Shown here one piece after another: positions 14,368-28,187 of a DNA stretch of 64,000 bases. The DNA lies in contig OZ059894.1 of the NCBI GenBank assembly GCA_964057225.1, positions 13,268,001 through 13,332,000 of the forward strand, read 5' to 3'. Both the position numbers and the translations under genes were made by a program. The notes below the pieces were generated by a model, which made no database searches, had not been told where the DNA came from, and saw only the letters and a list, made by a program, of their open reading frames with translations. The DNA is from Auanema rhodensis (lineage: Eukaryota; Animalia; Nematoda). Position 1 is the stretch's first letter; each line of letters starts with the position of its first letter.

Positions 14368-15700
14368 GTTTTACCGTATTCTGCAGCACCTATTACAGTG
14401 GACTGACTAGGTAATTTTAAGCTGAAACCCATAATAAACCTCTTGTAAATGTACCTAAAATGCAAATAAATTCATTTGCAATGGTATACACGTATCACGT
14501 GGTCGTTTGTCATTTCTAACTGACATAATTTTTTCTTGTTCTATATTGAATATACACGAAGATTCATCTTATACACTTGGTTTTTCCCATAGAAAATTTA
14601 TTCTACACTTACCCAAGGGTAGCTATGCAAATTGTGATAAAACAATACGCGGAATCAATGATGGTAGAGAATCATTTATCACCAACAATACAAAGCCTCT
14701 TGGAGCTGAGAAAAAATTACGTATAAAGGGTTCAATAGATAAATTTGAAGATGTAAAAAAGGGGTATTATTATCGCCAGGCTGATGCTAAGCTTGTCAAG
14801 GAAATGCCGGCAGAAGCCACATTTCGGTTAAACGAAACACTACAACGCATAGAGTTTGTACCAAGTAAGCGACTATTATTGAATGCAACACTCGGTGATG
14901 CTCTCGCATATTTTCTTAACTTTGAGAATAAAATTATCAACAATACATTAATAGCCAGGCGCTCCATTGATTTTTCAAATAACATTAATACAATGTATAT
15001 ATATTGTGATATTGTAGAATATTTCATTCTCGATAATGTGAAAGCCAATTTACTTGCATGTTTACCTGTACCACCTCTAACTAAATTTGGTAAAATGATT
15101 GCCAAAACTTTTAATCCTATTCGTTATGTACCAATCACTAGACAAACACTCGATGCCATGCCTATTGAAGTTTTAGATGAATCGATTGTCCTATGCAATT
15201 TAGATGTGGTTCTACATTTGTTGCATTACATGTTAAAAATATGAAATAAACGTTTTATTCAACAGTTATACAATACCACATTTTCATTTTTGAAGATATA
15301 GAATGTAGTTCAGGACAGTTATGTTTGTCGCTCGGCTCGTGTTGTGAATGTTCTTGGTCACTATTGCTGAGGCATCTTCTTGATTGGGTTGAATGTACAA
15401 ACTCCTCAGCTTTTTCAAAAGAGTTGCTGGTATCTCCATCACCATCTTTACCAATCTTCCATTATTATTATAAATACGCCAAATATTACGCTCACAACTG
15501 AACTTTGTTTCAACAGTTTTACTACAACTAGGTCACAAACGTCTAAGAACACTATCCGAATCTCTATATTTTCAAATAAAGTCAGCATTGCTGACATAAT
15601 TGTCAAATACGGGTTGAATCCCTGCATGCCTTTTCAAAACGTGATCACTTAACAGCTGGATTGACAGAAATTTTTCTATGCATGTACCAAAATATTTGTT
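14368..15700. mobile_element. Degenerate Maverick/Polinton fragment: ATPase N-terminus (14368-14432, minus), minor capsid (14507-~15250, plus), C2H2 gene remnant (minus)
   Basis: Minus strand reads MGFSLKLPSQSTVIGAAEYGKT (Walker A-like). 14507-15690 is a diverged homolog of 30780-31970. Confidence 0.8.
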
Positions 15701-18700
15701 ACTCCAAACTTGGATCGAATTAGGCTGCTCTTCTCGAAACGTTTTCGTCATCTTCGAGCATTTTCAGTTAATATGAGTGAAATAAAGTGGCCATTTCAGC
15801 GACAAATACGGAATGAGCTCTCTGTTGCTGGCATAACATAAGCGTAGTTGCATCAAATATTCCGAAAATATACAGTATATGGAAAAAATGGTTTATTCAA
15901 TATATAAATGACAATGCAGTTAATAATAAATGCGACTACGCGCTATGAGTCAACAATGTGAACTGAAAGATAATTTTATTGTTCTAGTTACGTCAATTTC
16001 ACGCGCTCATCACGTGACGCGTATACGACCGGTTTTCTCAAACCAAATGAGAATAAATGATTATTCAATAGTTTCTTTTCAGGATGATTTTGTTATTTAA
16101 TGAATTTTCACTTTTTTAATAGTTTCTCCGTTACTTTCATTATATTTCGTATAGTATACGAAACATTCCAGCCCGAATCGGGTTGTTTAATATGTTTTAT
16201 AAAAGAATTCATTTTATTTCATTTGAAAAAGTTTATTTTCGTTCGGTACATAGGCAGATAATAAAATTATACTGCTTCAATTTACAAAATTTACAAATTT
16301 TTGTTTTTGTGCATTCTCCTTCATGTCTTCTAAGACATAGTAAACATAACTTCATAAAAACTGCTTTGATAAACTTAGAAAGTTTAGATGGATTTTGGGA
16401 ACATTTTTCCGTATTGTGTTCTTTTTTACAGATTTTACAGTATAACTTTGGTTTATATGTTGTATTTGATGGACCATCTTTCTTTTCTGGTTGTTTACTA
16501 CTTATCTCTCGTTTTTCAGAGTAAATATCATTCAATTTTTACACGTACTTTTTTGTTACTCCAATCAATCTTTCCTAAAATCCTTAGTGAATGTTTTTTC
16601 TCTCAAAATAATTGGATACTGTTTGTTACCATTTTCTGAGTTCTGAGCCCGTACCATTTTTTGAGTTCTGAGCACTCTTAATATCCCAGAATCATCTGTA
16701 ATTATATCCAATTTCTTGTGTTTTTCTTTTTCAAGCAAATCGCTGTTCTGCTTTTGATGACATTTTATCAGAAGTTGTTGAATCATTCTGTTTTTCAAAA
16801 ACAGTTACAGAAAAAAATATAATTATGCAAAACAAAGTTTGCTGGATTTGCTTTAATAAAAATCATTCCTCATTCAATTGTAAAGAAAAGTCATGCAAAT
16901 TATGCAATGGTCGGCATCATGAAAGCATTTGCATGAAAAACCAATATGCTAATGATCAGACTGCAGTAAGTAATAACAATAATTCGTATGCTAATGAAGC
17001 TAGAGAGCATAGAGAGGAACGAAATAATTATGTTGATCAGGGTATAAAACGAAAACCTCAATTGACAGGTGGAAACCTAGAACCTTTGAATCAAAATTTT
17101 CAGTTAAGGAAAAACATCCAGAAAAACAGATAGCAAGTATTAATCTTCTGTCCGAAAAAATATTTAACATAGAAAACAGTAAAATGAACACATTTTTTAT
17201 ATCATTTTCAAAACCAGACAAAAAAAATCTAATAATTTTATTTGATTCATGTTCTCATTAATTTATCAAAGAAAAAACTGCCTAAAAGTTAAATTTTGAA
17301 ATTGCAAATGAGAAATCTCTTTCAATTTCAAGCATTAGTAACAATATCAAAAAAAGTATCATCTTTAGAAGTAATTTGGGAGATCCCCGAAATAAAAAAA
17401 GCTTTCAAGTTATTGAGTATTGATTAAATCACGAATTACGTGAATATGCCAGACATAAATATACAAGATATGGAAGAGATCAAGAAATATGGACTTATAA
17501 ATTATGAAATAATATATGAAAAAGGCTTTGTAGAGCCAGACATTTTAATAGGAATGGATTATTTCTGGGATTTCGTTCCAAAATTGTTCAAGTCTATAAA
17601 GATACAAAATAATTTAGTCATAATACCAATACTAATTCATCCCATATTAGCTCAGTACAGTTGAGAAGATGAGGAAGATCACTAAATTGTTGAAAACACA
17701 AAAATACAGTGTTTTCTAACAGAAATCATTTCAAATAACGAAAGTAAAAAAGAACCAAAAAAGAAATACGAAAATATGGAAATAAAATGGCTTGGAAACA
17801 TTTTACGATAACGTACAATATGTAAATGATTGAATTAAAGTTAAATTTTCAATTAGACCGGATGTTCAGTCAATTAACGATAATTACGGCAAAAGTATCG
17901 GATGTTTGAATGGCATATTGAACACAATGAAAGATAAAACCAATATTTTGATGAAATATAACGAAACAATGAACAAATGAAAGCTGGAATTCTGAAAATT
18001 GCTCCAGAGCAAAATCATTGATAGGGGACATAGCGAAAGCGTTCCATCATAGAATAGAATTAGACGAAAGTCATAGAAATTTAACAAGATTTTTATGGGT
18101 GAAAGACATTCAAAAAGAAACGCAGAAAAATAACATTCTAAACTTACGATTTACAAGAATACCTTTTGGAGTGAACAGTTCACCGTTCCTATTAGCAGCA
18201 AGCATAATTTATTTTTTAAAAACGGAAAAAAGTGAAATCTCAGAAAATGTATTGAAGAACATTTATGTAGACGAAAATAAAAATCAAATTTTCAAATTTA
18301 CGTTACGTGAACGTCACGTAAAGTCACGCAGCCAAAAATCATATATAAAGAACAGAATCTAACAGAAAAAATAATTTCTCATGAAGGAACAAAACGATGA
18401 AGAACTACTTCTGGAGAAAGGAAATGAAGAAAACAAAACAGCCACCAATCTCATGGAAAGAATATCTTTTCTAGAAAACACGTGGTTACTATGTGTGAAA
18501 CACTAACGAAATTGAATGATATGTACTCTGAAAAGAGATAAGTAGTAAACAACCAGAAAAGAAAGATGGTCCATCAAATACAACATATAAACCAAAGTTA
18601 TACTGTAAAATCTGTAAAAAAGAACACAATACGGAAAAATGTTCCCAAAATCCATCTAAACTTTCTAAGTTTATCAAAGCAGTTTTTATGAAGTTATGTT

Positions 18701-20890
18701 TACTATGTCTTAGAAGACATGAAGGAGAATGCACAAAAACAAAAATTTGTAAATTTTGTAAATTGAAGCAGTATAATTTTATTATCTGCCTATGTACCAA
18801 ACGAAAATAAACTTTTTCAAATGAAATAAAATGAATTCTTTCATAAAACATATTAAACAACCTGATTTGGGCTGGAATGTTTCATATACTATACGAAATA
18901 TAATGAAAGTAACGGAGAAACTATTAAAAAAGTAAAAATTCATTAAATAACAAAATCATCCTGAAAAGAAACTATTGAATAATCATTTATTCTCATTTGG
19001 ATTGAGAAAACCGGTCGTATACGCGTCAAGTGATAAGCGCGTGAAATTGACGTAACGAGGACAATAAAATTATCTTTCAGTTCACATTGTTGACTCATAG
19101 CGCGTAGTCGCGTTTATTATTAACTGTATTGCCATTTATTTATTGAATAAACCATTTTCTCTATATTCTGTATATTTTCGGAATATTTGATGCAACTACG
19201 CTCATGTTATGCCAGCAACAGAAAGATCATTCCGTATTTGTCGCTAAAATGGCCACCTCATTCCACTCATATTATCAGAAAATGCTCGAAGATGACGAAA
19301 ACGTTTCGAGAAGAGCAGCCTTATTTGATCCAAGTTTGGAGTAACAAATATTGTGGTACATGCATGGAAAAATTTTTGTTTTTTACTGGAGCAATCATTG
19401 GCTAAATCTAATTATACTGCTCGTGTACACAGGCCAGTAATTAACATAATCCAAACCTTCTTGTCATAATTACTATTTGTTTTTACTAATAACGGACCGG
19501 CGTAATCAACACCTATATTTTCGAAAGGTTTATATTTTAGGACTCTTTCTTTTGGTAATTGAGGATAGTTTGGGTATTTATATGGCCTTTTACTTTTTTT
19601 TACACGTACTTTTTTGTTACTCCAATCAATCTTTCATAAAATCCTTAGCGAATGTTTTTGTTCCAAAAAAAAGAATTGGATACTGTTTGTTACCATTTTT
19701 TAAGTTGCCTAATCGGCCTCGAACTCTTAATATTTTAGAATCATCTGTAATTATATCCAATTTCTTGTATTTTTCTTATTTAAGCAAATCGCTGTTCTGC
19801 TTTTGATGACATTTTATCACAAGTTGTTGAATCATTCTGTTTTTTTGTCAAAGTATCTTTTTTATTGAAATTCTCAAGCAGATTTTGATTTGTTTTTCTG
19901 ATATTTGTTTGCATTTTAGTGATGAAAATTAAAACTGGGCGAATTATGTTAATGAACTTTGAATACGATGAAAACTATTGTGCCAAGAAATCTAAATCTT
20001 GATTCTCAGCTGGTTTTATTTCAGATTTTAGCAACAAAGTCACTATTTTCAGTTGAGGTTCATCACAATACTTTTCTATAACTTATTTCAATGTTTTCAT
20101 GTGCAAATTGCGTTCTTTTTCTGCTTTATACCATTGAGGACCTTCGATCCATTGCATGTATGTTTCATCGGGTTTTTCTAAACTTCTCGTAGGTAAATCG
20201 GCAGGATTAAACTTTGTATTCACATAAAAAAATTCAGTTTTTCGGTTTCCTTGTTCAATTTCGGTTATTAATTCTGTTATCTTGTTCAATCTGCTACGTA
20301 CATATATTTTTTACGTTGGATTCTTATGTAACCAACATAGAACAACCTGTGAATCAGTGAAAATTTTGATATTTTTGATTTTACGTTTATTTCTTTAATA
20401 TTTTCATTCAACATTTTCATCCCGAGAAGAATAGCAGTTAGTTCCTTCATTGGTATGGTTCCTTCAACCATTGTGGATGATTTAGAGCATAAAAAATCTA
20501 TTTTTTCAATTTTTTCATAAATATTTATACTCATCACATATGCGACGACCGCTATGACATCTTTAGACGCGTCAGTGAATAATAAAAATTCATATTTTTG
20601 AGGTGTATCGCTTGTTTCATCGATAATTGCTCTTTTGATTTCAACTTTTTCGTTTTCGATCTTTTCCATACTGATTGTTGTCTTTCTGGTATTTGTTTGT
20701 CCCATCCTATTTTGGAATCCCTAATTTCTCTCAAAAATAACCTTAGTTTTAATGTTAGAGGTTGTGTTTTACCGAGGGGGTCAAATATTGAGTTTATATA
20801 GCTGAAAATTCCTCTTTTGGTGATAGATTTGAAAAAATTTGAAAGCATTTTCTGATAATATGAGTGAAATGATTTGAATGGTTTTTATCA
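15700..20890. mobile_element. Scrambled fragments of a second, AT-rich Bel/Pao family in both orientations (gag zinc knuckles, protease, RT, RNase H, 3' CCHC domain, probable LTR from 18878)
   Basis: CWICFNKNHSSFNC..CKLCNGRHHESIC; EPDILIGMDYFWDF; DIAKAFH..RFTRIPFG..NIYVD; SIFDPLG; FTDASK; NPADLPTR; PPT-like GGGCTGGAA followed by TG at 18878. Confidence 0.85.
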
Positions 20891-23800
20891 AGTACTTTTT
20901 TGTTACTCCAATCAATCTTTCATTAAATCCTCCTTTCCATGGTGAATAAGAAGTTATTTTTCGCTAGTTTACATGCTTTTTTTCCATGAAAGTTTCGAAA
21001 CTTTTGTCAGTTTTTATAACTGACTGCCGTTGTCTTATATTATTATTGATGGTACTCGTTTTCGAGTCAAAACTATAGAGAGAGATGAATCGCCAAAAGT
21101 GAAATTAGTAATGTTGTGATAATTAGATGACTTGTGAGAAATAATCATTACTTTAGATTTTTCGGTGTTGACTTTCATACCGTTATCATGACACCATTTG
21201 TAAAGAAAATTAAGAGCATTTTGAAGGCTATCAGGGTTACAACTATGAAGTTTTAGATCATTTCTGGGATTTCGTTCCAAAATTGTTCAAGTCTATAAAG
21301 ATACAAAATAATTTAGTCATAATACCAATACTAATTCATCCCATATTAGCTCAGTACAGTTGAGAAGATGAGGAAGATCACTAAATTGTTGAAAACACAA
21401 AAATACAGTGTTTTCTAACAGAAATCATTTCAAATAACGAAAGTAAAAAAGAACCAAAAAAGAAATACGAAAATATGGAAATAAAATGGCTTGGAAACAT
21501 TTTACGATAACGTACAATATGTAAATGATTGAATTAAAGTTAAATTTTCAATTAGACCGGATGTTCAGTCAATTAACGATAATTACGGCAAAAGTATCGG
21601 ATGTTTGAATGGCATATTGAACACAATGAAAGATAAAACCAATATTTTGATGAAATATAACGAAACAATGAACAAATGAAAGCTGGAATTCTGAAAATTG
21701 CTCCAGAGCAAAATCATTGATAGGGGACATAGCGAAAGCGTTCCATCATAGAATAGAATTAGACGAAAGTCATAGAAATTTAACAAGATTTTTATGGGTG
21801 AAAGACATTCAAAAAGAAACGCAGAAAAATAACATTCTAAACTTACGATTTACAAGAATACCTTTTGGAGTGAACAGTTCATCGTTCCTATTAGCAGCAA
21901 GCATAATTTATTTTTTAAAAACGGAAAAAAGTGAAATCTCAGAAAATGTATTGAAGAACATTTATGTAGACGAAAATAAAAATCAAATTTTCAAATTTAC
22001 GTTACGTGAACGTCACGTAAAGTCACGCAGCCAAAAATCATATATAAAGAACAGAATCTAACAGAAAAAATAATTTCTCATGAAGGAACAAAACGATGAA
22101 GAACTACTTCTGGAGAAAGGAAATGAAGAAAACAAAACAGCCACCAATCTCATGGAAAGAATATCTTTTCTAGAAAACACGTGGTTACTATGTGTGAAAC
22201 ACTAACGAAATTGAATGATATGTACTCTGAAAAGAGATAAGTAGTAAACAACCAGAAAAGAAAGATGGTCCATCAAATACAACATATAAACCAAAGTTAT
22301 ACTGTAAAATCTGTAAAAAAGAACACAATACGGAAAAATGTTCCCAAAATCCATCTAAACTTTCTAAGTTTATCAAAGCAGTTTTTATGAAGTTATGTTT
22401 ACTATGTCTTAGAAGACATGAAGGAGAATGCACAAAAACAAAAATTTGTAAATTTTGTAAATTGAAGCAGTATAATTTTATTATCTGCCTATGTACCAAA
22501 CGAAAATAAACTTTTTCAAATGAAATAAAATGAATTCTTTCATAAAACATATTAAACAACCTGATTTGGGCTGGAATGTTTCATATACTATACGAAATAT
22601 AATGAAAGTAACGGAGAAACTATTAAAAAAGTAAAAATTCATTAAATAACAAAATCATCCTGAAAAGAAACTATTGAATAATCATTTATTCTCATTTGGA
22701 TTGAGAAAACCGGTCGTATACGCGTCAAGTGATAAGCGCGTGAAATTGACGTAACGAGGACAATAAAATTATCTTTCAGTTCACATTGTTGACTCATAGC
22801 GCGTAGTCGCGTTTATTATTAACTGTATTGCCATTTATTTATTGAATAAACCATTTTCTCTATATTCTGTATATTTTCGGAATATTTGATGCAACTACGC
22901 TCATGTTATGCCAGCAACAGAAAGATCATTCCGTATTTGTCGCTAAAATGGCCACCTCATTCCACTCATATTATCAGAAAATGCTCGAAGATGACGAAAA
23001 CGTTTCGAGAAGAGCAGCCTTATTTGATCCAAGTTTGGAGTAACAAATATTGTGGTACATGCATGGAAAAATTTTTGTTTTTTACTGGAGCAATCATTGG
23101 CTAAATCTAATTATACTGCTCGTGTACACAGGCCAGTAATTAACATAATCCAAACCTTCTTGTCATAATTACTATTTGTTTTTACTAATAACGGACCGGC
23201 GTAATCAACACCTATATTTTCGAAAGGTTTATATTTTAGGACTCTTTCTTTTGGTAATTGAGGATAGTTTGGGTATTTATATGGCCTTTTACTTTTTTTT
23301 ACACGTACTTTTTTGTTACTCCAATCAATCTTTCATAAAATCCTTAGCGAATGTTTTTGTTCCAAAAAAAAGAATTGGATACTGTTTGTTACCATTTTTT
23401 AAGTTGCCTAATCGGCCTCGAACTCTTAATATTTTAGAATCATCTGTAATTATATCCAATTTCTTGTATTTTTCTTATTTAAGCAAATCGCTGTTCTGCT
23501 TTTGATGACATTTTATCACAAGTTGTTGAATCATTCTGTTTTTTTGTCAAAGTATCTTTTTTATTGAAATTCTCAAGCAGATTTTGATTTGTTTTTCTGA
23601 TATTTGTTTGCATTTTAGTGATGAAAATTAAAACTGGGCGAATTATGTTAATGAACTTTGAATACGATGAAAACTATTGTGCCAAGAAATCTAAATCTTG
23701 ATTCTCAGCTGGTTTTATTTCAGATTTTAGCAACAAAGTCACTATTTTCAGTTGAGGTTCATCACAATACTTTTCTATAACTTATTTCAATGTTTTCATG

Positions 23801-24960
23801 TGCAAATTGCGTTCTTTTTCTGCTTTATACCATTGAGGACCTTCGATCCATTGCATGTATGTTTCATCGGGTTTTTCTAAACTTCTCGTAGGTAAATCGG
23901 CAGGATTAAACTTTGTATTCACATAAAAAAATTCAGTTTTTCGGTTTCCTTGTTCAATTTCGGTTATTAATTCTGTTATCTTGTTCAATCTGCTACGTAC
24001 ATATATTTTTTACGTTGGATTCTTATGTAACCAACATAGAACAACCTGTGAATCAGTGAAAATTTTGATATTTTTGATTTTACGTTTATTTCTTTAATAT
24101 TTTCATTCAACATTTTCATCCCGAGAAGAATAGCAGTTAGTTCCTTCATTGGTATGGTTCCTTCAACCATTGTGGATGATTTAGAGCATAAAAAATCTAT
24201 TTTTTCAATTTTTTCATAAATATTTATACTCATCACATATGCGACGACCGCTATGACATCTTTAGACGCGTCAGTGAATAATAAAAATTCATATTTTTGA
24301 GGTGTATCGCTTGTTTCATCGATAATTGCTCTTTTGATTTCAACTTTTTCGTTTTCGATCTTTTCCATACTGATTGTTGTCTTTCTGGTATTTGTTTGTC
24401 CCATCCTATTTTGGAATCCCTAATTTCTCTCAAAAATAACCTTAGTTTTAATGTTAGAGGTTGTGTTTTACCGAGGGGGTCAAATATTGAGTTTATATAG
24501 CTGAAAATTCCTCTTTTGGTGATAGATTTGAAAAAATTTGAAAGCATTTTCTGATAATATGAGTGAAATGATTTGAATGGTTTTTATCAAGTACTTTTTT
24601 GTTACTCCAATCAATCTTTCATTAAATCCTCCTTTCCATGGTGAATAAGAAGTTATTTTTCGCTAGTTTACATGCTTTTTTTCCATGAAAGTTTCGAAAC
24701 TTTTGTCAGTTTTTATAACTGACTGCCGTTGTCTTATATTATTATTGATGGTACTCGTTTTCGAGTCAAAACTATAGAGAGAGATGAATCGCCAAAAGTG
24801 AAATTAGTAATGTTGTGATAATTAGATGACTTGTGAGAAATAATCATTACTTTAGATTTTTCGGTGTTGACTTTCATACCGTTATCATGACACCATTTGT
24901 AAAGAAAATTAAGAGCATTTTGAAGGCTATCAGGGTTACAACTATGAAGTTTTAGATCAT
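17561..24960. repeat. Near-perfect 3699-bp tandem duplication (17561-21259 / 21260-24958)
   Basis: All ORFs recur at +3699. One substitution seen (SSPF versus SSSF). Confidence 0.96.
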
Positions 24961-25103
24961 CAGCATATAACATGGGATGAACATCGAATGTGAATACGGA
25001 AGTTATATTGTTTTTGTAAAACAGTAACAGTAGAGGGCTAAGAACTGTTCCTTGAGGAACCCCACATGTAAGCCTAACAGGGTCGGATAGACTTTTGTTG
25101 ATG
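24734..25103 (-). pseudogene. Non-LTR (LINE) reverse transcriptase fragment; partial duplicate at 21035-21261
   Basis: GVPQGTVLSPLL...MLYADDLKL...WCHDNGMKVNTEKSKVM. Confidence 0.9.
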
Positions 25104-25740
25104 TGTAATATCCTTGGTTTGGATATTAATGTTCCGTGTTATTGACCCTTAGACTGATTTGTTGTAAAAGAAACATTAAGATTTGATGAAGAGAGAAAGA
25201 TTTATTATAAATAAAAAACATTTAAACAATAAACAAATAAAGATAAAAATAAGTCCGCCAACTGAAGATTCAGTTGAATGGCAAGCTTATATAGCGAATG
25301 TTATCAGCATTTTCCACGCAAGGTTTTAAGTTGTCAATGACAATTGTAATTATCTTGGAAAATGCTGAGGTTGTAAAATATAACTGATAACATAATACAC
25401 TAAGACAAGAAATTAGAATTATAAAATATAAAATACAGAATAAAGAAATTCATAACAATTATAGAAAGAATAAAGAACAGAATTATAAAGTATTATATGC
25501 TACCGCTTTTGAAGTCCTGTGTCCGGGTATAAGGTTTGTAAAATTTTTCATAATGTTGCAGCAGGCTTTTTGATGTGATCCTTATGTACTTTTCTCATCT
25601 TCTCTTGACTTGTTTCCAATTCTTCATATGAGTTGTATACGCCTGTAATTTTGAACGGTCCTTTATAAGTAGGTCGCAATTTGCCGTGAACCGTCATATC
25701 CTTAAATAGTACCATTTCACCTATTTCAAATGTACGTGAT
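25104..25740 (-). mobile_element. Ty3/gypsy 3' end (integrase tail plus LTR 25104-25497), inserted in the LINE and itself cut by a Maverick
   Basis: Homologous to 33787-34436. The integrase stops exactly at the Maverick terminus AGTAGAGAG. Confidence 0.9.
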
Positions 25741-25900
25741 AGTAGAGAGCCGTGCAAAATTTACTAACCACGCCCCCAAACAGCTGTCAAAAACATACTT
25801 TTGGGGGCGTCAGCTGCTAAAAACATACTTTTGGGGCGCGTCAGCTGTCAAAAACATATTTTTGAGCGTCAGCTGTTAAAATCATATTTTGGGATCATGG
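25741..25900 (+). repeat. Maverick terminal inverted repeat with ~27-28-bp CAGCTG-containing subrepeats
   Basis: AG-start terminus; CAGCTG(T/C)(C/T)AAAA(A/T)CATA repeated 4 times. Same end at 45949 (plus) and a diverged end at 45341 (minus). Confidence 0.88.
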
Positions 25901-26346
25901 TTCATGGATTCTCCTTTTTTAAATTTAAAAATCATGATTTAAAGCATGATTTTTTTTTTAAATCAAATTTAAATATGCTTTTTTAAATGTATATATATAA
26001 TTATATATTTTGAATTAATTTTTAAATATATTAAGTGAAAAAAAAAATCTAAATTTTAAATATTTAAATTATATTTAAATTTTATATTTATAAATTATAT
26101 TTAAATTATATTTAACCTTTATATATTTAAATTATATTTAAATTTTAAATATATTAATTTGTTTTAAAATTTTATCACTTTATTCATTTATTATATTTAT
26201 TAATTATGTTTGTTTACTTATTTTGTTTACTTATTTTGTTTATTATGTTATAATATTGTGTTTTTTTTACTGTTTTTATTTTTAAAGATCAATAAAATTT
26301 TTGCATGTAGATAATTTTGTTCACCGTACTTGTTATGGGTAATTCA

Positions 26347-26491
26347 ATGGAACACATATCGAAAGTTAATTCGATAAGAACGATATGAAATACCAAAATT
26401 TAATGGAACACATATCGAAGGTTAATTCGATAAGAACGATATGAAATACCAAAATTTAATGGAACACATATCGAAGGTTAATTCGATAAGA
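26347..26491 (+). repeat. Subterminal ~56-bp tandem repeat (about 2.6 copies), also at ~58267-58410
   Basis: AATGGAACACATATCGAAGGTTAATTCGATAAGAA repeated three times. Related motifs at ~44695-44790 (minus) in copy B. Confidence 0.85.
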
Positions 26492-27149
26492 AATTATTAA
26501 TTTTTGAAATTACAAATTGTTATTAATTATATTTATTCTAACAAGTAAAGGTTTCAAATTATAATAAAAGATTAGTTTTAAACTTTATTTTACTAATATA
26601 ACAATACAATAACTAAATAGAGCACACATTGAAGGTAAATACAATAAGATTAACAAACAGTTGCGCTGACCTCAACGCCACGCATTTCGAGGGGTAATAA
26701 ACACTAATAACTGCACTGTGGGGGTTTAAATATAGTATAAACATTTTAACATTTCAAAAGTTTTAGTTTCGTAATATAATCATTATTAAATATTCAAGAA
26801 TGAAATATTTTTACATATAAAACGTTGGCAGACATATGTTTTGTGCTACAATATGGGTGTAAAAGTATACTATGAATAATATATGAGCTATTAAGCAAAG
26901 TTTAAAAAGCCTAAATGTTTTACAGAGATGGCTGTTGTTTATGGCACAAACGGTAAACAATAATGTTTAAAGAGATGTAAAAACTAATTAATATGCAGAT
27001 TGTTTACAGGTTCAGAGTGCGCCAACTGCTGGCAACTGTCGATGAGATGAGTATATCTGCATAAATATGCTGTAAAATCTAATTAATAAAAGAATTTCAT
27101 CAGCAAACTTGATTGTAACACAATGGGTTGTACTTTACAAAAATCTTCG

Positions 27150-27157
27150 TATAAAAG
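27150..27157 (+). promoter_or_regulatory. TATA box of the spliced Maverick gene
   Basis: TATAAAAG ~160 bp upstream of the ATG, conserved in the paralog (GTATAAAAGG near 43855-43864, minus). Confidence 0.6.
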
Positions 27158-27308
27158 GTTGGCAATTTTGCTACATTTACATTTCAGCTCTGCCAACTAT
27201 CCGAGGATCCGACGTTTCACCATCTCCTGCCACTCTTTGCCAATCGCCATAGACTGCTCCTCTCTGCAAGTTTGCCTTATATTTTAGAAAGTTGGATCTT
27301 TAGCGGAA

Positions 27309-27893
27309 ATGAAGCGTGCTGTACTTGCTGATGTGACAAATGTTGTGCGCAAATCGCCTGAACCTGAAGTACCACGACCACCCACACCAGCTCCAAATTT
27401 TACAAATTTTGGTATGAACCTTAACTTGTATTTTTTAAATCTTTAATTTAGATTCACCAATAAAGCAGATGGAGATTCTGAGAGAGAGCACTCCACCAAG
27501 GAGTGTATTAATGAGACCAATTTGTCTTTGCAAAACTTGTAGGGAATCATTGCAGGTTATAGACGAGTATCACTGTTTCAGCCTTTGTATAAAGTGTAGA
27601 GGAAGGAATGATGCGTTGGGTCTTTTGAAGGAATTTCGTCACTATAAGCCCGAAAACTTTTCTATTAATGTAAGCTTGCATATTTATTTATTTTCAATTT
27701 TATCATTTTTTAGATGCGCTCTTATAACACCATGACGTGCAAGCAATTGTTGAACAATATGGGCTATATTGTTATATATGCAGATGAGGCTACTGTAAAG
27801 ACTTTTGGTTATAAGCAGAATGTATTCTACTTTAAACTAAGTCCAGAAGCACTCAACCTGAACATGTTTATCCGCTTTGATCCTTCATTTTGA
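27309..27893 (+). CDS. Three-exon Maverick accessory gene, 166 aa: N-terminal D-box, S/T-P sites, Cys/His cluster (exons 27309-27411, 27452-27669, 27714-27893)
   Basis: GT-AG introns of 40 and 44 bp restore one open frame. Same exon structure and mostly synonymous divergence in the paralog at 43007-43600. Confidence 0.82.
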
Positions 27894-28187
27894 CTACAAC
27901 AAGCACAAATAGTACAATTGGCGTTTTATTCTTGTTTTGTTATGTGGCATTTTTATATTCTCAGCCGTAACATTTTTTTTTCCAGCTCTTGCGAATATCC
28001 ATCAATGGATCATCAATTGAGGACGAATGATCAACCAACTGGTAAGAATTTGAAAATTTGAATAGTCTACATTTTTTTTTTCCAGGTTGAATTGTTGTTT
28101 GTATTTTGCTGGTTTTTTATTGTTACATTATGCGATATATCAAATAAATCATTTATTATAATTACAATTGTTTATAACATTGAAAAA

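Noticed and set aside
27891-27896. UGA-CUA stop-codon readthrough
   Set aside because: The extension in the paralog stops after seven codons and differs from copy A.
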